57,271 bases of DNA from a virus. The translations under genes and the position numbers were made by a program. Location: IMG/VR virus record IMGVR_UViG_3300045918_000348, positions 1-57,271 of that record. One strand, 5' to 3'. Shown one piece after another: positions 24,770 through 34,358 of the stretch (the stretch's first letter is position 1; each line of letters begins with the position of its first letter). Below the pieces are notes generated by a model, which did not search any database, was not told the DNA's origin, and saw only the letters and a list, made by a program, of their open reading frames with translations.

Positions 24770-26211
24770 GCTGTCAAGTTTCCTACTAAATACCAAGTAT
24801 CGGTCGCTTCTTTAATTAAGGTTACACCAACAAATTGTCCGTTAATTGCCAATACTGACCCTACTGAATTTATAGTTACGCCGCTAGCTCCGGCAAATGT
24901 AACCTTCCCTGCACCGTCTTGAATACAGTCAATTTTAGTCCCAATTGGAAATGCGACTGATGAATTAGCTGGCACTGTAATTGCCGTTGCAGATGCACTT
25001 CCAAAAGTAACTAGAGAATTTGCATCTGTTAAAACAAAAGTATATGTCGTTCCAGTTTGCGCATTGATAGGTGCAGTTACTGGCAGATATAAGGTATCTA
25101 AATAAGTTTTTAAAGTGGCTTTTAAATTTGCCCAAGTTAATTTTTTAAGAACAAAGCTTGCAGCACTGTCACTTATAGGTATTTCATCGGCATCTACTGG
25201 AGTAGTTTTAGATGTAGCAGCATGGGTTCCTGGAGCGATTACTGTAATGTCTGCACTTCCGTTAAATGATTGGCCATCAATATTTCTTGCAGTTACTAAT
25301 ATGGTCGCTGAACCAGCGTTACCACTGACTGACGTTTGGTCCCCTGTATTTGTTCCACTAGATGTTCCTGAAAATGTTCCACTTTGAGTAGCTAGTGTTC
25401 CTAAACCTAAATTTGTTCTAGCTGTAACTATATTATTCAAATCAGATAAATTCGATGCAATTTTAAGGGCTAGGGCTGATTCATTTGCAACAGCTTGGGT
25501 TGTAGGATATTTTACATTATCGGGGGATGTCAAATTCGTAGCTTTATTTGCTAGCAATTCATTTAATGAAGCAGTACCAGTTAAATTTGCAGTTATAGTT
25601 CCTGCTGCAAAGTTACCACTTGAATCACGTTTAACTATCGTACTTACTGTATTAGTAGATACAGCAGCATTAGCTAAAAGTTCTGCAGCATGAACATTAG
25701 CAGCAGATGAACCACCTACCATAGAAACTACTGATGCACCTTGAGTACCAGTAACATCTCCCACTAAGTTTCCAGTAAACAATGCAGCACTTCCAGAAGC
25801 ATTTCCTGTTAAATTTGCAGTTATAATTCCTGCTGCAAAGTTACCACTTGAATCACGTTTTACTATAGTACTTACTGTATTAGTAGACACAGCAGCGTTG
25901 GTAGCCAATTCTGCTGCATGAACATTAGCAGCAGATGAACCACCAATTGAGTTTACAGTTGCACCAACAACACCAGGCCCAACTGCACTTACATCACCAT
26001 TTAAAGCATCTATAGCAATTGCAGCACCAGGGGTAGCTACAACAATCCAACTTGAAGTTGCATCATTCCATAGGTAGAGGGCCAATGTAGACATATCTTC
26101 AGCTTGGTCCCCTGGAGAATTACCTACCATCGGGAATTGAGCTGCAGTTGGATAGCTATTTGAAATAACATTCCCAACATCACGTGGCAGTTTTTTATAG
26201 TCCGAAGCCAC
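24766..26211 (-). CDS. tail fibre protein with an internal duplication
   Basis: GGSSAANVHAAEL.xNAAVSTNTVSTIVKRDSSGNFAAGxITANLTG occurs twice, about 76 aa apart. Ala/Ser/Thr/Gly-rich composition. Confidence 0.75.
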   Translation of the reverse strand: MASDYKKLPRDVGNVISNSYPTAAQFPMVGNSPGDQAEDMSTLALYLWNDATSSWIVVATPGAAIAIDALNGDVSAVGPGVVGATVNSIGGSSAANVHAAELATNAAVSTNTVSTIVKRDSSGNFAAGIITANLTGNASGSAALFTGNLVGDVTGTQGASVVSMVGGSSAANVHAAELLANAAVSTNTVSTIVKRDSSGNFAAGTITANLTGTASLNELLANKATNLTSPDNVKYPTTQAVANESALALKIASNLSDLNNIVTARTNLGLGTLATQSGTFSGTSSGTNTGDQTSVSGNAGSATILVTARNIDGQSFNGSADITVIAPGTHAATSKTTPVDADEIPISDSAASFVLKKLTWANLKATLKTYLDTLYLPVTAPINAQTGTTYTFVLTDANSLVTFGSASATAITVPANSSVAFPIGTKIDCIQDGAGKVTFAGASGVTINSVGSVLAINGQFVGVTLIKEATDTWYLVGNLTA

Positions 26212-26213
26212 GG

Positions 26214-26600
26214 CTAAATCCCTTTCACATATGAACGAGCACTTGTAAGTGTACCTGTACCACTAGTTGCAGTATATTTTACCCGAACCCAATTGAATCC
26301 AGTATTAGCTAAAGTATATAGCATATCACCTGCAGCACTAATGCCGTTTGCACTTGCAGCTATAGTTGTCCAGTTTGAAAGTCCAACAACTTTTTGAGCA
26401 TCACCACTTGATTGAGGTTGTCCTAAATCATTAGAAGCCTCTACGGTAAAAGTACCTACAGGGGAACCAGTAAAAACCATCTGAATAGAAGCATTAACAA
26501 TGTGGCCAAGCCATATGGGCTGCAAGGTAAATGTTGAGGCCATATTTTTAGTAGCCCTAACACCATCAATTTCTAGTAAATCGTCATTTTTAACGCGCAT
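26214..26600 (-). CDS. small fibre-associated structural protein (paralog of 31459..31809)
   Basis: Shared C-terminal pattern F.WV(K/R)(L/V)KYT.T(A/S)GSG(S/T) ... and the same position immediately upstream of a fibre gene. Confidence 0.6.
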   Translation of the reverse strand: MRVKNDDLLEIDGVRATKNMASTFTLQPIWLGHIVNASIQMVFTGSPVGTFTVEASNDLGQPQSSGDAQKVVGLSNWTTIAASANGISAAGDMLYTLANTGFNWVRVKYTATSGTGTLTSARSYVKGI

Positions 26601-26714
26601 TTTTAGGTCTCCTTCTATCCATCCATCATACTAAGATGCAGCCATTTATAGGTGCATTTTAAGCCACCTACGCGAGGTTAGCTTGCTTATAGGATGTCTG
26701 TTTATGGGGTAAAA

Positions 26715-27143
26715 TTAAACTGCAGGTTTTGGTCGTTTTTTAAGAGAGTTCATATATAAACCACTTCGCATATCTGCCTCAGTTACCAATTCGATATGAG
26801 GATAATCACGGAAAGAAAAGTCGCGGCCCAACATAATTTTTATATCTAATTTAGCTGCAATTTCTTCGACTTTTTTTAGCATGTCTATGAAGCCTACGAT
26901 TTTATTAAAGTCCACTGGATATGGGGCCACGTCAACGGCCAAAGAAGGTTTCTTATTATGCTTACTGTTTGGAAACCTCAGCTTACTGTTTCCTGCAATA
27001 AAAGCTTGTTCTTGTTCTTCTTTAGAACGATAGCCGCAAAGTATAGTTACATCCATTTGGGTTACAAGCTCATTCATTATTTTCTGCAGGTCAGGGTGAC
27101 ATTCATCAAGACGTTCGAGGCTTTTTTTACCGAATTTAGGCAC
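26715..27143 (-). CDS. peptidase M15 (VanY / L-alanyl-D-glutamate peptidase-like) endolysin
   Basis: LERLDECHPDL, CGYRSKEEQEQAF, SKHNKKPSLAVDVAP (SxH ... AxD) and the terminal DYPHIEL. Confidence 0.85.
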   Translation of the reverse strand: MPKFGKKSLERLDECHPDLQKIMNELVTQMDVTILCGYRSKEEQEQAFIAGNSKLRFPNSKHNKKPSLAVDVAPYPVDFNKIVGFIDMLKKVEEIAAKLDIKIMLGRDFSFRDYPHIELVTEADMRSGLYMNSLKKRPKPAV

Positions 27144-27212
27144 TTTTAGGTCTCCTTTTAATTTTTTGCAAATATAGTTAAGTTACTTAAGGTTACTTAA
27201 AGTTACTGTAAA

Positions 27213-28661
27213 TTACCAAGAAAGCTTAACATATCCAGAACCACCGCAACCACCTGAACCACCACGATAAACTAATGATGTATTATTAGAACCTTTACCA
27301 CCTTTACCACCAACCCCTACGGTAATAGTATATGTTGTTCCAGGTATTACATTGACAGTTGTTACAAATAAACTTGCCGCATCCCCACCAAATCCACCAT
27401 TACCATATGCACCAGTTGCAAATGATGCACCACCGCCACCGCCACCACCTGCGCCACTACCTGCTACCGCATTAGCACCTTGTGCACCTACTTGAGCGAA
27501 AAGGGGCCCATTACCACCACGTCCACCAATAGCTCGTCCACTTGCACCACCACCACCACCACGACCGTAAGCAACTGTAGTACCTTTAGATGCAGCAGTT
27601 GAAGATAATATAGAAACTTCTGGAACACTTGCAGTTGAATCTCCAAGGCCGCCTAAACGTATAGCTTGACCATCAGTGTTCAACCTATTAGTATGAGCAG
27701 TTTGCACTGAAGCAGATACCCCTAAATCTCCCCCTGGAGCACCTTTAAGTGTAAATAAAGTATCAAATATTGTATCTCCACCACTAGACCCATCAGTTTG
27801 TAAAGTTGGTGTAGAATTAAATACTCCTGCACCACCACCACCTCCACCACCAGCTATTGCTTCTACAGTAACATTATGAACCCCTTGAGGTGCTGTCCAA
27901 CTAAAGGTGAGTGGAGTTGTATTAACCCATGTTTGGGAATCAGAAAGAGAAGTTAAAACTGCAGTTTGAAACCATACAGACCCATTGTTGGCAGTTCCAA
28001 AACATACATGAACTTGAGCCCTATTTAAAGAATCAAATGTGTTGGCAGCTAAATAGCTTACAGGTGTTGATGATGGAGCAGTTGGAGATGCTGGAGATGT
28101 GGACACAGGTGTGCCTGCATATCTAACAGTTGTTCCTGAAGTAGCTCCAATTAAGTAAACTCCATTTTCAGATGCAGTAGTTTGATTTTTAAGCAAAATA
28201 AGTTCACCAGTTTTAGGAACCATACCATCAATTGCAGCTACACCATTATAAATGGCCGTCAATGGATTAACAATATTTGCAGTAGAGGCCATGTAAACAT
28301 TTATAAAGTCTTTATGAACAAATTCTTGGTACCGTTTGCCCGATAATTGAACGTACCCAACACCATCATACTGATATAGTCCATCATTTCTAGTTGCGTG
28401 GCCTACAAAATAAACAAGCATACCAGCAGCAGGTGCTGCGGGGTCCGTTGTCTGTGGAGTCAAAGTTAAGTTAGCTAACGTGGATAAAGTACTACCAGTT
28501 GAAACTTGTTCCCAAGCTCCTGCAGTATAAGTCCATAGTCCAGCATCCCTAGGGGTACCATCTGAATTAAATATATCCCCATCAACTGGATTTATAGGGT
28601 CTGCACTTTGCGCAGCCAAATTTAAAACTTTTACTTTAGGTCCATTTCCAATAAAACTCAT
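27213..28661 (-). CDS. tail fibre / adhesin with a C-terminal poly-glycine-rich domain
   Basis: Multiple Gly runs (GGGGGGGAG, GRGGGGGASG, GSGAGGGGGGGAS, GGSGGCGGSG) separated by short variable segments. Confidence 0.7.
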   Translation of the reverse strand: MSFIGNGPKVKVLNLAAQSADPINPVDGDIFNSDGTPRDAGLWTYTAGAWEQVSTGSTLSTLANLTLTPQTTDPAAPAAGMLVYFVGHATRNDGLYQYDGVGYVQLSGKRYQEFVHKDFINVYMASTANIVNPLTAIYNGVAAIDGMVPKTGELILLKNQTTASENGVYLIGATSGTTVRYAGTPVSTSPASPTAPSSTPVSYLAANTFDSLNRAQVHVCFGTANNGSVWFQTAVLTSLSDSQTWVNTTPLTFSWTAPQGVHNVTVEAIAGGGGGGGAGVFNSTPTLQTDGSSGGDTIFDTLFTLKGAPGGDLGVSASVQTAHTNRLNTDGQAIRLGGLGDSTASVPEVSILSSTAASKGTTVAYGRGGGGGASGRAIGGRGGNGPLFAQVGAQGANAVAGSGAGGGGGGGASFATGAYGNGGFGGDAASLFVTTVNVIPGTTYTITVGVGGKGGKGSNNTSLVYRGGSGGCGGSGYVKLSW

Positions 28662-28685
28662 TTTTAAGCTCCCATATAACTTTAA

Positions 28686-31457
28686 TTAATTTATAACAAA
28701 AAACCCAACAGATGTTTCTGCTGTTGCTGCAGCCGCTAAGTTAATTGTAAATGACCCAGCAGCAGGTACTACATTTTTTATTTGTGCAGTTGTATCATTC
28801 GTTCTAACTTCGCAAAAAACTAAACTAGCTCCAGTTACAATTGAATTTGTCACCACTAGAGATGTTGCGGCTGCGGCAAAATTGACAGTTCCAGAAACTT
28901 TATTAATTGTTTGTGCACCTGTAGTGCCACCTGCAGTCACAGTTGTAGGAACTGTAACTTTATTAACATCAATTATTAGGTTACCTCTAGTTGTGCTAGC
29001 AGTACCACTTGTCAAATTAATATGTCCTGATGTACCACCTGCAGCATTACCAGATGCAATTGTAATATTGCCCGTTGTAGTTCCACCTGTTCCTGTAGCT
29101 ATAGAAAGTGCACCTGAATCTGCATTTGTAGATGCGCCAGTTATAACTTGAACAAGTCCTGAAGCATTTGATGTACCAGTAGCCGTTCCTGAATTTACTG
29201 TTACGGTTCCTGATGCGGCACTTGCTGCTGAACTATTTCCAGATTTTATAATTGTTGCACCTGAAGCTGCAGTACTTGTTGAGACATTTCCTCCTGAGCC
29301 AACTGTGACTGTTCCAGTTCCACCTAAACCTGCAGCAAAAGTGCCTCCAGACTCAAATCGTAAATTTCCTGAAGCAACGTCAGAAGTTTGTCCACTAAAT
29401 ATATTTATAGTTCCAGATGCCCTAGACGCACCACCTGACCCTGATAAAATTAAAACTGCTCCAGATGTAGCAGAAGATGAAGTACCACTAGTAATATTTA
29501 CTGCTCCACCAGCACCTGTTCCACTTGCTCCACCCGTAAGTACAACGGCTCCAGCAGTTGCAGATGCTGACCCTGGAATAATACTTACTGCACCTGAATT
29601 TCCTGCAGAAGCATTTCCTGAACTAACTATAATTGTTCCAGTACCTTGACCAGCGCCAGTTTTTACTGTAATGTTACCAGAAGCATTTGATGCTGCAGTT
29701 CCAGTAGCAATGTCCAAAGTACCAGATGAATTTGCCCCACTTGCAATACCAGATTTAAGTATAACTGCACCACTTTGACTTGCAGTTGCAGATGTGTGGT
29801 CTCCCGACTGTATAGTTAATGTACCAGTTGCATTTGTAGGAGCGGTAGTTGATGAGTTATTACCACTTGTAATTAAAACTGCTCCAGAAGTACCTGCACC
29901 ACTTCCACTTTTTGCTCCAGTAGAAAGTGTTGTTGCACCTGTAGCTAAGTTTGCACTTGAAGATGATGAACCTGTAGAGAGGGTTAACGCTCCAGTATTT
30001 GCTGTCTGAGTTCCTGTTTTTGCGCCCGTTGAAATGGATACGTTTCCAGTTGCTCCACCTGTAGCTGTACCTGTTAATAATAAAAAACTTCCAGTAGTTG
30101 CAGTGGATGTAGCTGCGGTAGCTGAACCCGTAACAATGTTTACTCCACCTGAAGAACCAGTTGAAGATGCTGCAGTGCGGGCCCCTGAAGTAATCGTAAT
30201 TGTCCCAGTAGCCGTTGCACTTGCTGCATCTGATGCTCCTGATTGAACTGTAATGGCACCAGAAGTATTAGTAACTGTAGAAACATCTCCAGTTTTAAGT
30301 GCCAAATCATTTGTTGCAGCAGCAGCACTATCTTGAGTTTTTACATGTGCAGTCGCTTTATTAAAAATAAGGTCACTGTTGATAGCCGTTGTTGATAAGT
30401 TGGCTAAATCGTATGTAGCATATGAACCACTTGCCTGTTTACCATTTAACTGAGTTTGAATAGCACTTGTAACTCCACTAACAAAATCAAGTTCTGCAGC
30501 AGTTGTAGTTGCGGCTACTGGAATGCCATTTGCGTCAGAAGCAATGGCTTTTGAGACCGCGATTGCTGCAGCTTCTACGATTGCCCCACCACTTGATTTT
30601 AGTACACGATTATTGCTAAGGGCCGTTCCACTGTTGGTTCCACCTTTACTTATAGGTAAAGTTGTGATTGAAGGTTCTTTGCCATTAAGTTGAGTTTGAA
30701 TTGCACTCGTAACACCATTAACGTATCCAATCTCAGTATCAGTTGTCGTAGAAACATCAATTTTACCACTAGCATTTGAAATAACTGCTCGAGATACATT
30801 TAAATTTGCAGATAAAATTGTAGACGCAGCACCACCAACAGCATCCTGCTTTGTGGCAAGTGCATCATACACAGCATTTTGACTTGGAGCAACATCAACT
30901 ATACCATTTACAAGTGAGTCTGCAACTGCTGCAGTTTTAGCGCGACTATCAGTAAAGTACTTATTGGTTGTACCTTCAGCTATATCATCAGTTGACAGTG
31001 AGATGACTCCACTTTGTCCATTTACACTTACAACTTCATTAGAGTTTATTGAACGTTCCCAAGTAGTACCATTATAAACGGCCCAATCGGCAAGTGAGAA
31101 TGAAATAGAACCTGAACCTAAGTTTTGAGTTCCAGCAGTGGCAACATTATAAACATCACCTGCTGAAAATGAACCACCATCGGCCAAAGTTGGAGTATTA
31201 GTAGATGCGTTCCAGTTTCCGAGGAAGCTCATAATTGAGTTTGGAAGTTGGGTTGCTGGAACTTTTCCACCAGCGTCTAATGTAGCCACACCACTATTGG
31301 CACCTTTTTCAGTGAGAGCAATTTTATTAGTATCTAATTCATTTAATGCGGTTTGAACATCTGTTGCAGCTATATTTCCTGCAGGCACATTTGATACTTG
31401 ACTTGCCGTTGATGCACCACTACCACCAGATGCTTGAGGAAAAGTAAAAGTACTCAT
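28686..31457 (-). CDS. large tail fibre / spike protein (923 aa, Ser/Thr/Ala/Gly-rich repeats)
   Basis: Repeated TSAIQTQLNGK segments and a long low-complexity (S/T/A/G)n region. The antisense frames are also open. Confidence 0.75.
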   Translation of the reverse strand: MSTFTFPQASGGSGASTASQVSNVPAGNIAATDVQTALNELDTNKIALTEKGANSGVATLDAGGKVPATQLPNSIMSFLGNWNASTNTPTLADGGSFSAGDVYNVATAGTQNLGSGSISFSLADWAVYNGTTWERSINSNEVVSVNGQSGVISLSTDDIAEGTTNKYFTDSRAKTAAVADSLVNGIVDVAPSQNAVYDALATKQDAVGGAASTILSANLNVSRAVISNASGKIDVSTTTDTEIGYVNGVTSAIQTQLNGKEPSITTLPISKGGTNSGTALSNNRVLKSSGGAIVEAAAIAVSKAIASDANGIPVAATTTAAELDFVSGVTSAIQTQLNGKQASGSYATYDLANLSTTAINSDLIFNKATAHVKTQDSAAAATNDLALKTGDVSTVTNTSGAITVQSGASDAASATATGTITITSGARTAASSTGSSGGVNIVTGSATAATSTATTGSFLLLTGTATGGATGNVSISTGAKTGTQTANTGALTLSTGSSSSSANLATGATTLSTGAKSGSGAGTSGAVLITSGNNSSTTAPTNATGTLTIQSGDHTSATASQSGAVILKSGIASGANSSGTLDIATGTAASNASGNITVKTGAGQGTGTIIVSSGNASAGNSGAVSIIPGSASATAGAVVLTGGASGTGAGGAVNITSGTSSSATSGAVLILSGSGGASRASGTINIFSGQTSDVASGNLRFESGGTFAAGLGGTGTVTVGSGGNVSTSTAASGATIIKSGNSSAASAASGTVTVNSGTATGTSNASGLVQVITGASTNADSGALSIATGTGGTTTGNITIASGNAAGGTSGHINLTSGTASTTRGNLIIDVNKVTVPTTVTAGGTTGAQTINKVSGTVNFAAAATSLVVTNSIVTGASLVFCEVRTNDTTAQIKNVVPAAGSFTINLAAAATAETSVGFFVIN

Positions 31458-31458
31458 A

Positions 31459-31809
31459 TTACGAACCTACGGTTTTTGCAGCAATTGATGCAGTCATAGA
31501 CCCGCTACCTGCAGTTCTTGTATATTTAAGTTTTACATCTGTAAAAGGTAGTTCATTTAAATAAATGAAGTGGTTGCCTGATGACCCAGTAATGTTGATG
31601 GCACTTCCAAAATCAAGTGAAAACCATGTACCTTTATCACCGATACGAACCTGAACTTCGATAACGCCGTTTATGGCTGTTCCTGTCCATTCAACAAATA
31701 TGGCAGCTTTATCTAAATTTTTTACGCTGACGATGGTAGAGTCTACTGAGGCCGCAAGACTTTGGGCATCAAAAAGTTTAAAGCCATTTACTATTAGTTT
31801 TCGTGACAT
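31459..31809 (-). CDS. small fibre-associated structural protein (paralog of 26214..26600)
   Basis: See 26214..26600. Lies immediately upstream of the 923-aa fibre. Confidence 0.6.
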   Translation of the reverse strand: MSRKLIVNGFKLFDAQSLAASVDSTIVSVKNLDKAAIFVEWTGTAINGVIEVQVRIGDKGTWFSLDFGSAINITGSSGNHFIYLNELPFTDVKLKYTRTAGSGSMTASIAAKTVGS

Positions 31810-31887
31810 TTGTAAGTCCCTTCTAGGTTACGAGGCTACTAACCTCTACGTACTTAGAAGGTCTGTTGTTTATGGTGTACAGTGGCC

Positions 31888-34341
31888 TTATTTACGGTGC
31901 CTTCTAGTTTCAAAGTTAGTCACGTCTGAGCCTTCTCTGGTCGACATATCAAGTTTACCTGCACCTGTCACAGTTGCCTTAACGTGACTTGCCTGGGACT
32001 GTGCAGCGCCCTGAGCGGCCTGTTCTTGTTGGTCTCGTTTTTCTTGAAACTGTGCCTGCAAGCCAACTACGTTAGAGCTGATGAGGGACGTATCGGTGGG
32101 GATATTGAAAAGCATACCAAGTTGGATACGTTTTGAGTAGGGAACGGACCCCTCCTCTTCACTTCTCATCTTAAGCATGAACTGTTGCTGCAGGTTAGAG
32201 TATATTTTCGGATATACAACTTGAAGGGCCTCAACGTGTTCACGTGTCAAGGTACCATTTGATAACTCATCGACAACTGATAGAGGTTGCTCAACTACTT
32301 GTAAATAGCGTTCAAACTTTGAAAGTTCCATTGATGATGGTTGATAAGGGCGCTCTTTTCCATAGAGAGATGCCACATCATGGGCCCGCTTAGGAATTTT
32401 TGACTGCAAGAATTGAACTGCAGTTGTCAATTTAACGCCTAAGTGATATGCGGTTTCTGGAGCAGCGCTGCTTAAAAGTGAACCTGCTTTTACTGTAGAC
32501 TCAACTAATTTATCAGGTTGTGCAGTAAATTCAGATAGTTTTTTTGCAGTATTTTCATAGGCTTCTTGACGAGTTTTAGGCTCACTTCTAATTCCTTTAT
32601 CACTTTCAGTTTTTGCCAATGAACTATTATTGAGCATAGTTATTGCAGCTTTCTGGATACCTATACCAGCAGTTTTATTAAATTTAAAAAACTTATCTGC
32701 AGCTACTTTTACTTTTTCACCAAACTGCACATTAGCTTTTTCAATACCATTTAAGACGATAACTCTGTTTTTAAAATAGCGAGCCATTGAGGCCGCATCA
32801 GTACTGATGAGGCCCATATGAGCCATGATAGCATCTTTGGCACTTGGAAGGGCCTTTTCAGGGGCTTTCCCAAGTGTTTTATAAATATAATTTTCAGCTT
32901 TACGAGCAACTGAATAATCATGCATCTTAGCATCAAGTTTTATTTGTATCTCAGGTCCAAATACTTTTGCATAATCAGACATTTCCTGTCTCAATAAGCG
33001 TCTACCACCTTCTCTGGCCGCATCAACTTCTTTACCAGTGATATGTACACCACCTGCAGTATAAAGACGACTATCCATAGCTTTTTTATGATTCCAAATA
33101 TCTTGAAAGGACATTCCTTCTTCATTTGTTTCTGCAAGCTTACGCCAATCACGCGCACCATTTGTAAGGGCTCGTCGTTCCGTCATATTCTCTGCAAGTT
33201 TAGGTATATCTCGAAGTCTATTTTCATATTCATCTGCAATATTGTTAAAAAGCTTTTGTTGACGATTCCATACTCCAGGTTGTTCTCGTAATGTCATCTG
33301 GCCATCAATATCTTTTGCAACTGCGTCTAAGTCGGAGCCAGTGGATTTTAAAAACTTATTTGTTTTCGCATATAAATTTGCTTGAGTATCTAAGTTTTCC
33401 ATTCCTACTTTATTTTGTAAGAAATCGAGGGCATCCTTTTTAAATGCTTGGCCCTCAATTGATGTAGCCAAATCAATTTGTTCTGTTTTGGAAACTCCAA
33501 AAATATCCATTGCAGCTTTTTCAGGGTCCATTAAATCTTTAGTACCTTTAGCAAATAGGCGTCCACCTTTTTTTACACCACTACCAACTGCTTTTAAACC
33601 AGAACCAAAGAGGGATGTTGATGCACCTAGTAGGCTACCGAAAAGGGCCCCTGTACCTGCATGAGCCATAATATTTTCTGCATTAAAATCAGTCTCACCT
33701 AGAGCATCTTCTCGCAGTAAACTATTAACTGCAAACGCACTTCCTTCAATAGCACCTTCAGCACTTTTTGCAAGACTCTTCTTAACTACTTCACGAGCTA
33801 AAACTTTAGAGCCTGATGTTGCGATAGCTGATTCAAAAGCAGACCCAATTGCAGTGGCCGTTTTAGCCATTGCTCTGGTAGGTATAAGGTCAGCCTTAGT
33901 AGCGCCCTTCAAAATGCGAGCACCAATAGTCATAGCCTCTATACCAGCTTCAGCTTGGCCTCCTGGAATTAATGCAGGTATAACTACACCAGCAACTTCT
34001 CCAGCTAAAGATGCACCAGGATTTCTAATTTTAATTTCCTTCAGTTCATCTTTTGTATATACGCCACTTTTAATAAGGGCTCGGTCAGATAAAGATAGAG
34101 TTGCAGTAGATAGAGCTGCAAGGGACGCAGCCTTTATGGGTTTTCCACCATATTGTTGTTCATCTTCATAGTCTTTTAAAACTGCTTCAGGATTAAATTC
34201 AGGCTCAGGAATAGGTTCACCACTATCCTGCATATCAACTGGAACTTCAGGAGTTGCCGCAGCATGTTCTGCTAACACCTTATTAGCATCAAATTCATTT
34301 GGGTCTGGTGTAAATACACTCATATCTTGTACATCACTCAT
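31888..34341 (-). CDS. large virion protein (817 aa; internal/ejection or tail protein)
   Basis: Long ORF in the structural operon, with an Ala/Gly-rich N-terminal third. Confidence 0.7.
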   Translation of the reverse strand: MSDVQDMSVFTPDPNEFDANKVLAEHAAATPEVPVDMQDSGEPIPEPEFNPEAVLKDYEDEQQYGGKPIKAASLAALSTATLSLSDRALIKSGVYTKDELKEIKIRNPGASLAGEVAGVVIPALIPGGQAEAGIEAMTIGARILKGATKADLIPTRAMAKTATAIGSAFESAIATSGSKVLAREVVKKSLAKSAEGAIEGSAFAVNSLLREDALGETDFNAENIMAHAGTGALFGSLLGASTSLFGSGLKAVGSGVKKGGRLFAKGTKDLMDPEKAAMDIFGVSKTEQIDLATSIEGQAFKKDALDFLQNKVGMENLDTQANLYAKTNKFLKSTGSDLDAVAKDIDGQMTLREQPGVWNRQQKLFNNIADEYENRLRDIPKLAENMTERRALTNGARDWRKLAETNEEGMSFQDIWNHKKAMDSRLYTAGGVHITGKEVDAAREGGRRLLRQEMSDYAKVFGPEIQIKLDAKMHDYSVARKAENYIYKTLGKAPEKALPSAKDAIMAHMGLISTDAASMARYFKNRVIVLNGIEKANVQFGEKVKVAADKFFKFNKTAGIGIQKAAITMLNNSSLAKTESDKGIRSEPKTRQEAYENTAKKLSEFTAQPDKLVESTVKAGSLLSSAAPETAYHLGVKLTTAVQFLQSKIPKRAHDVASLYGKERPYQPSSMELSKFERYLQVVEQPLSVVDELSNGTLTREHVEALQVVYPKIYSNLQQQFMLKMRSEEEGSVPYSKRIQLGMLFNIPTDTSLISSNVVGLQAQFQEKRDQQEQAAQGAAQSQASHVKATVTGAGKLDMSTREGSDVTNFETRRHRK

Positions 34342-34358
34342 TTTTAGATTCCTTAAAA

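Noticed and set aside
28882-30328. Several antisense or alternative-frame ORFs (60-114 aa, Pro/Val/Ala-rich) inside the 923-aa fibre gene, and similar shadow ORFs in other long genes (for example 25115..25387, 33854..34171, 39216..39449, 44443..44694, 46833..47111).
   Set aside because: These are typical shadow ORFs of GC-skewed, low-complexity coding sequence. None has an SD, and all are nested in long, well-supported genes on the opposite strand.
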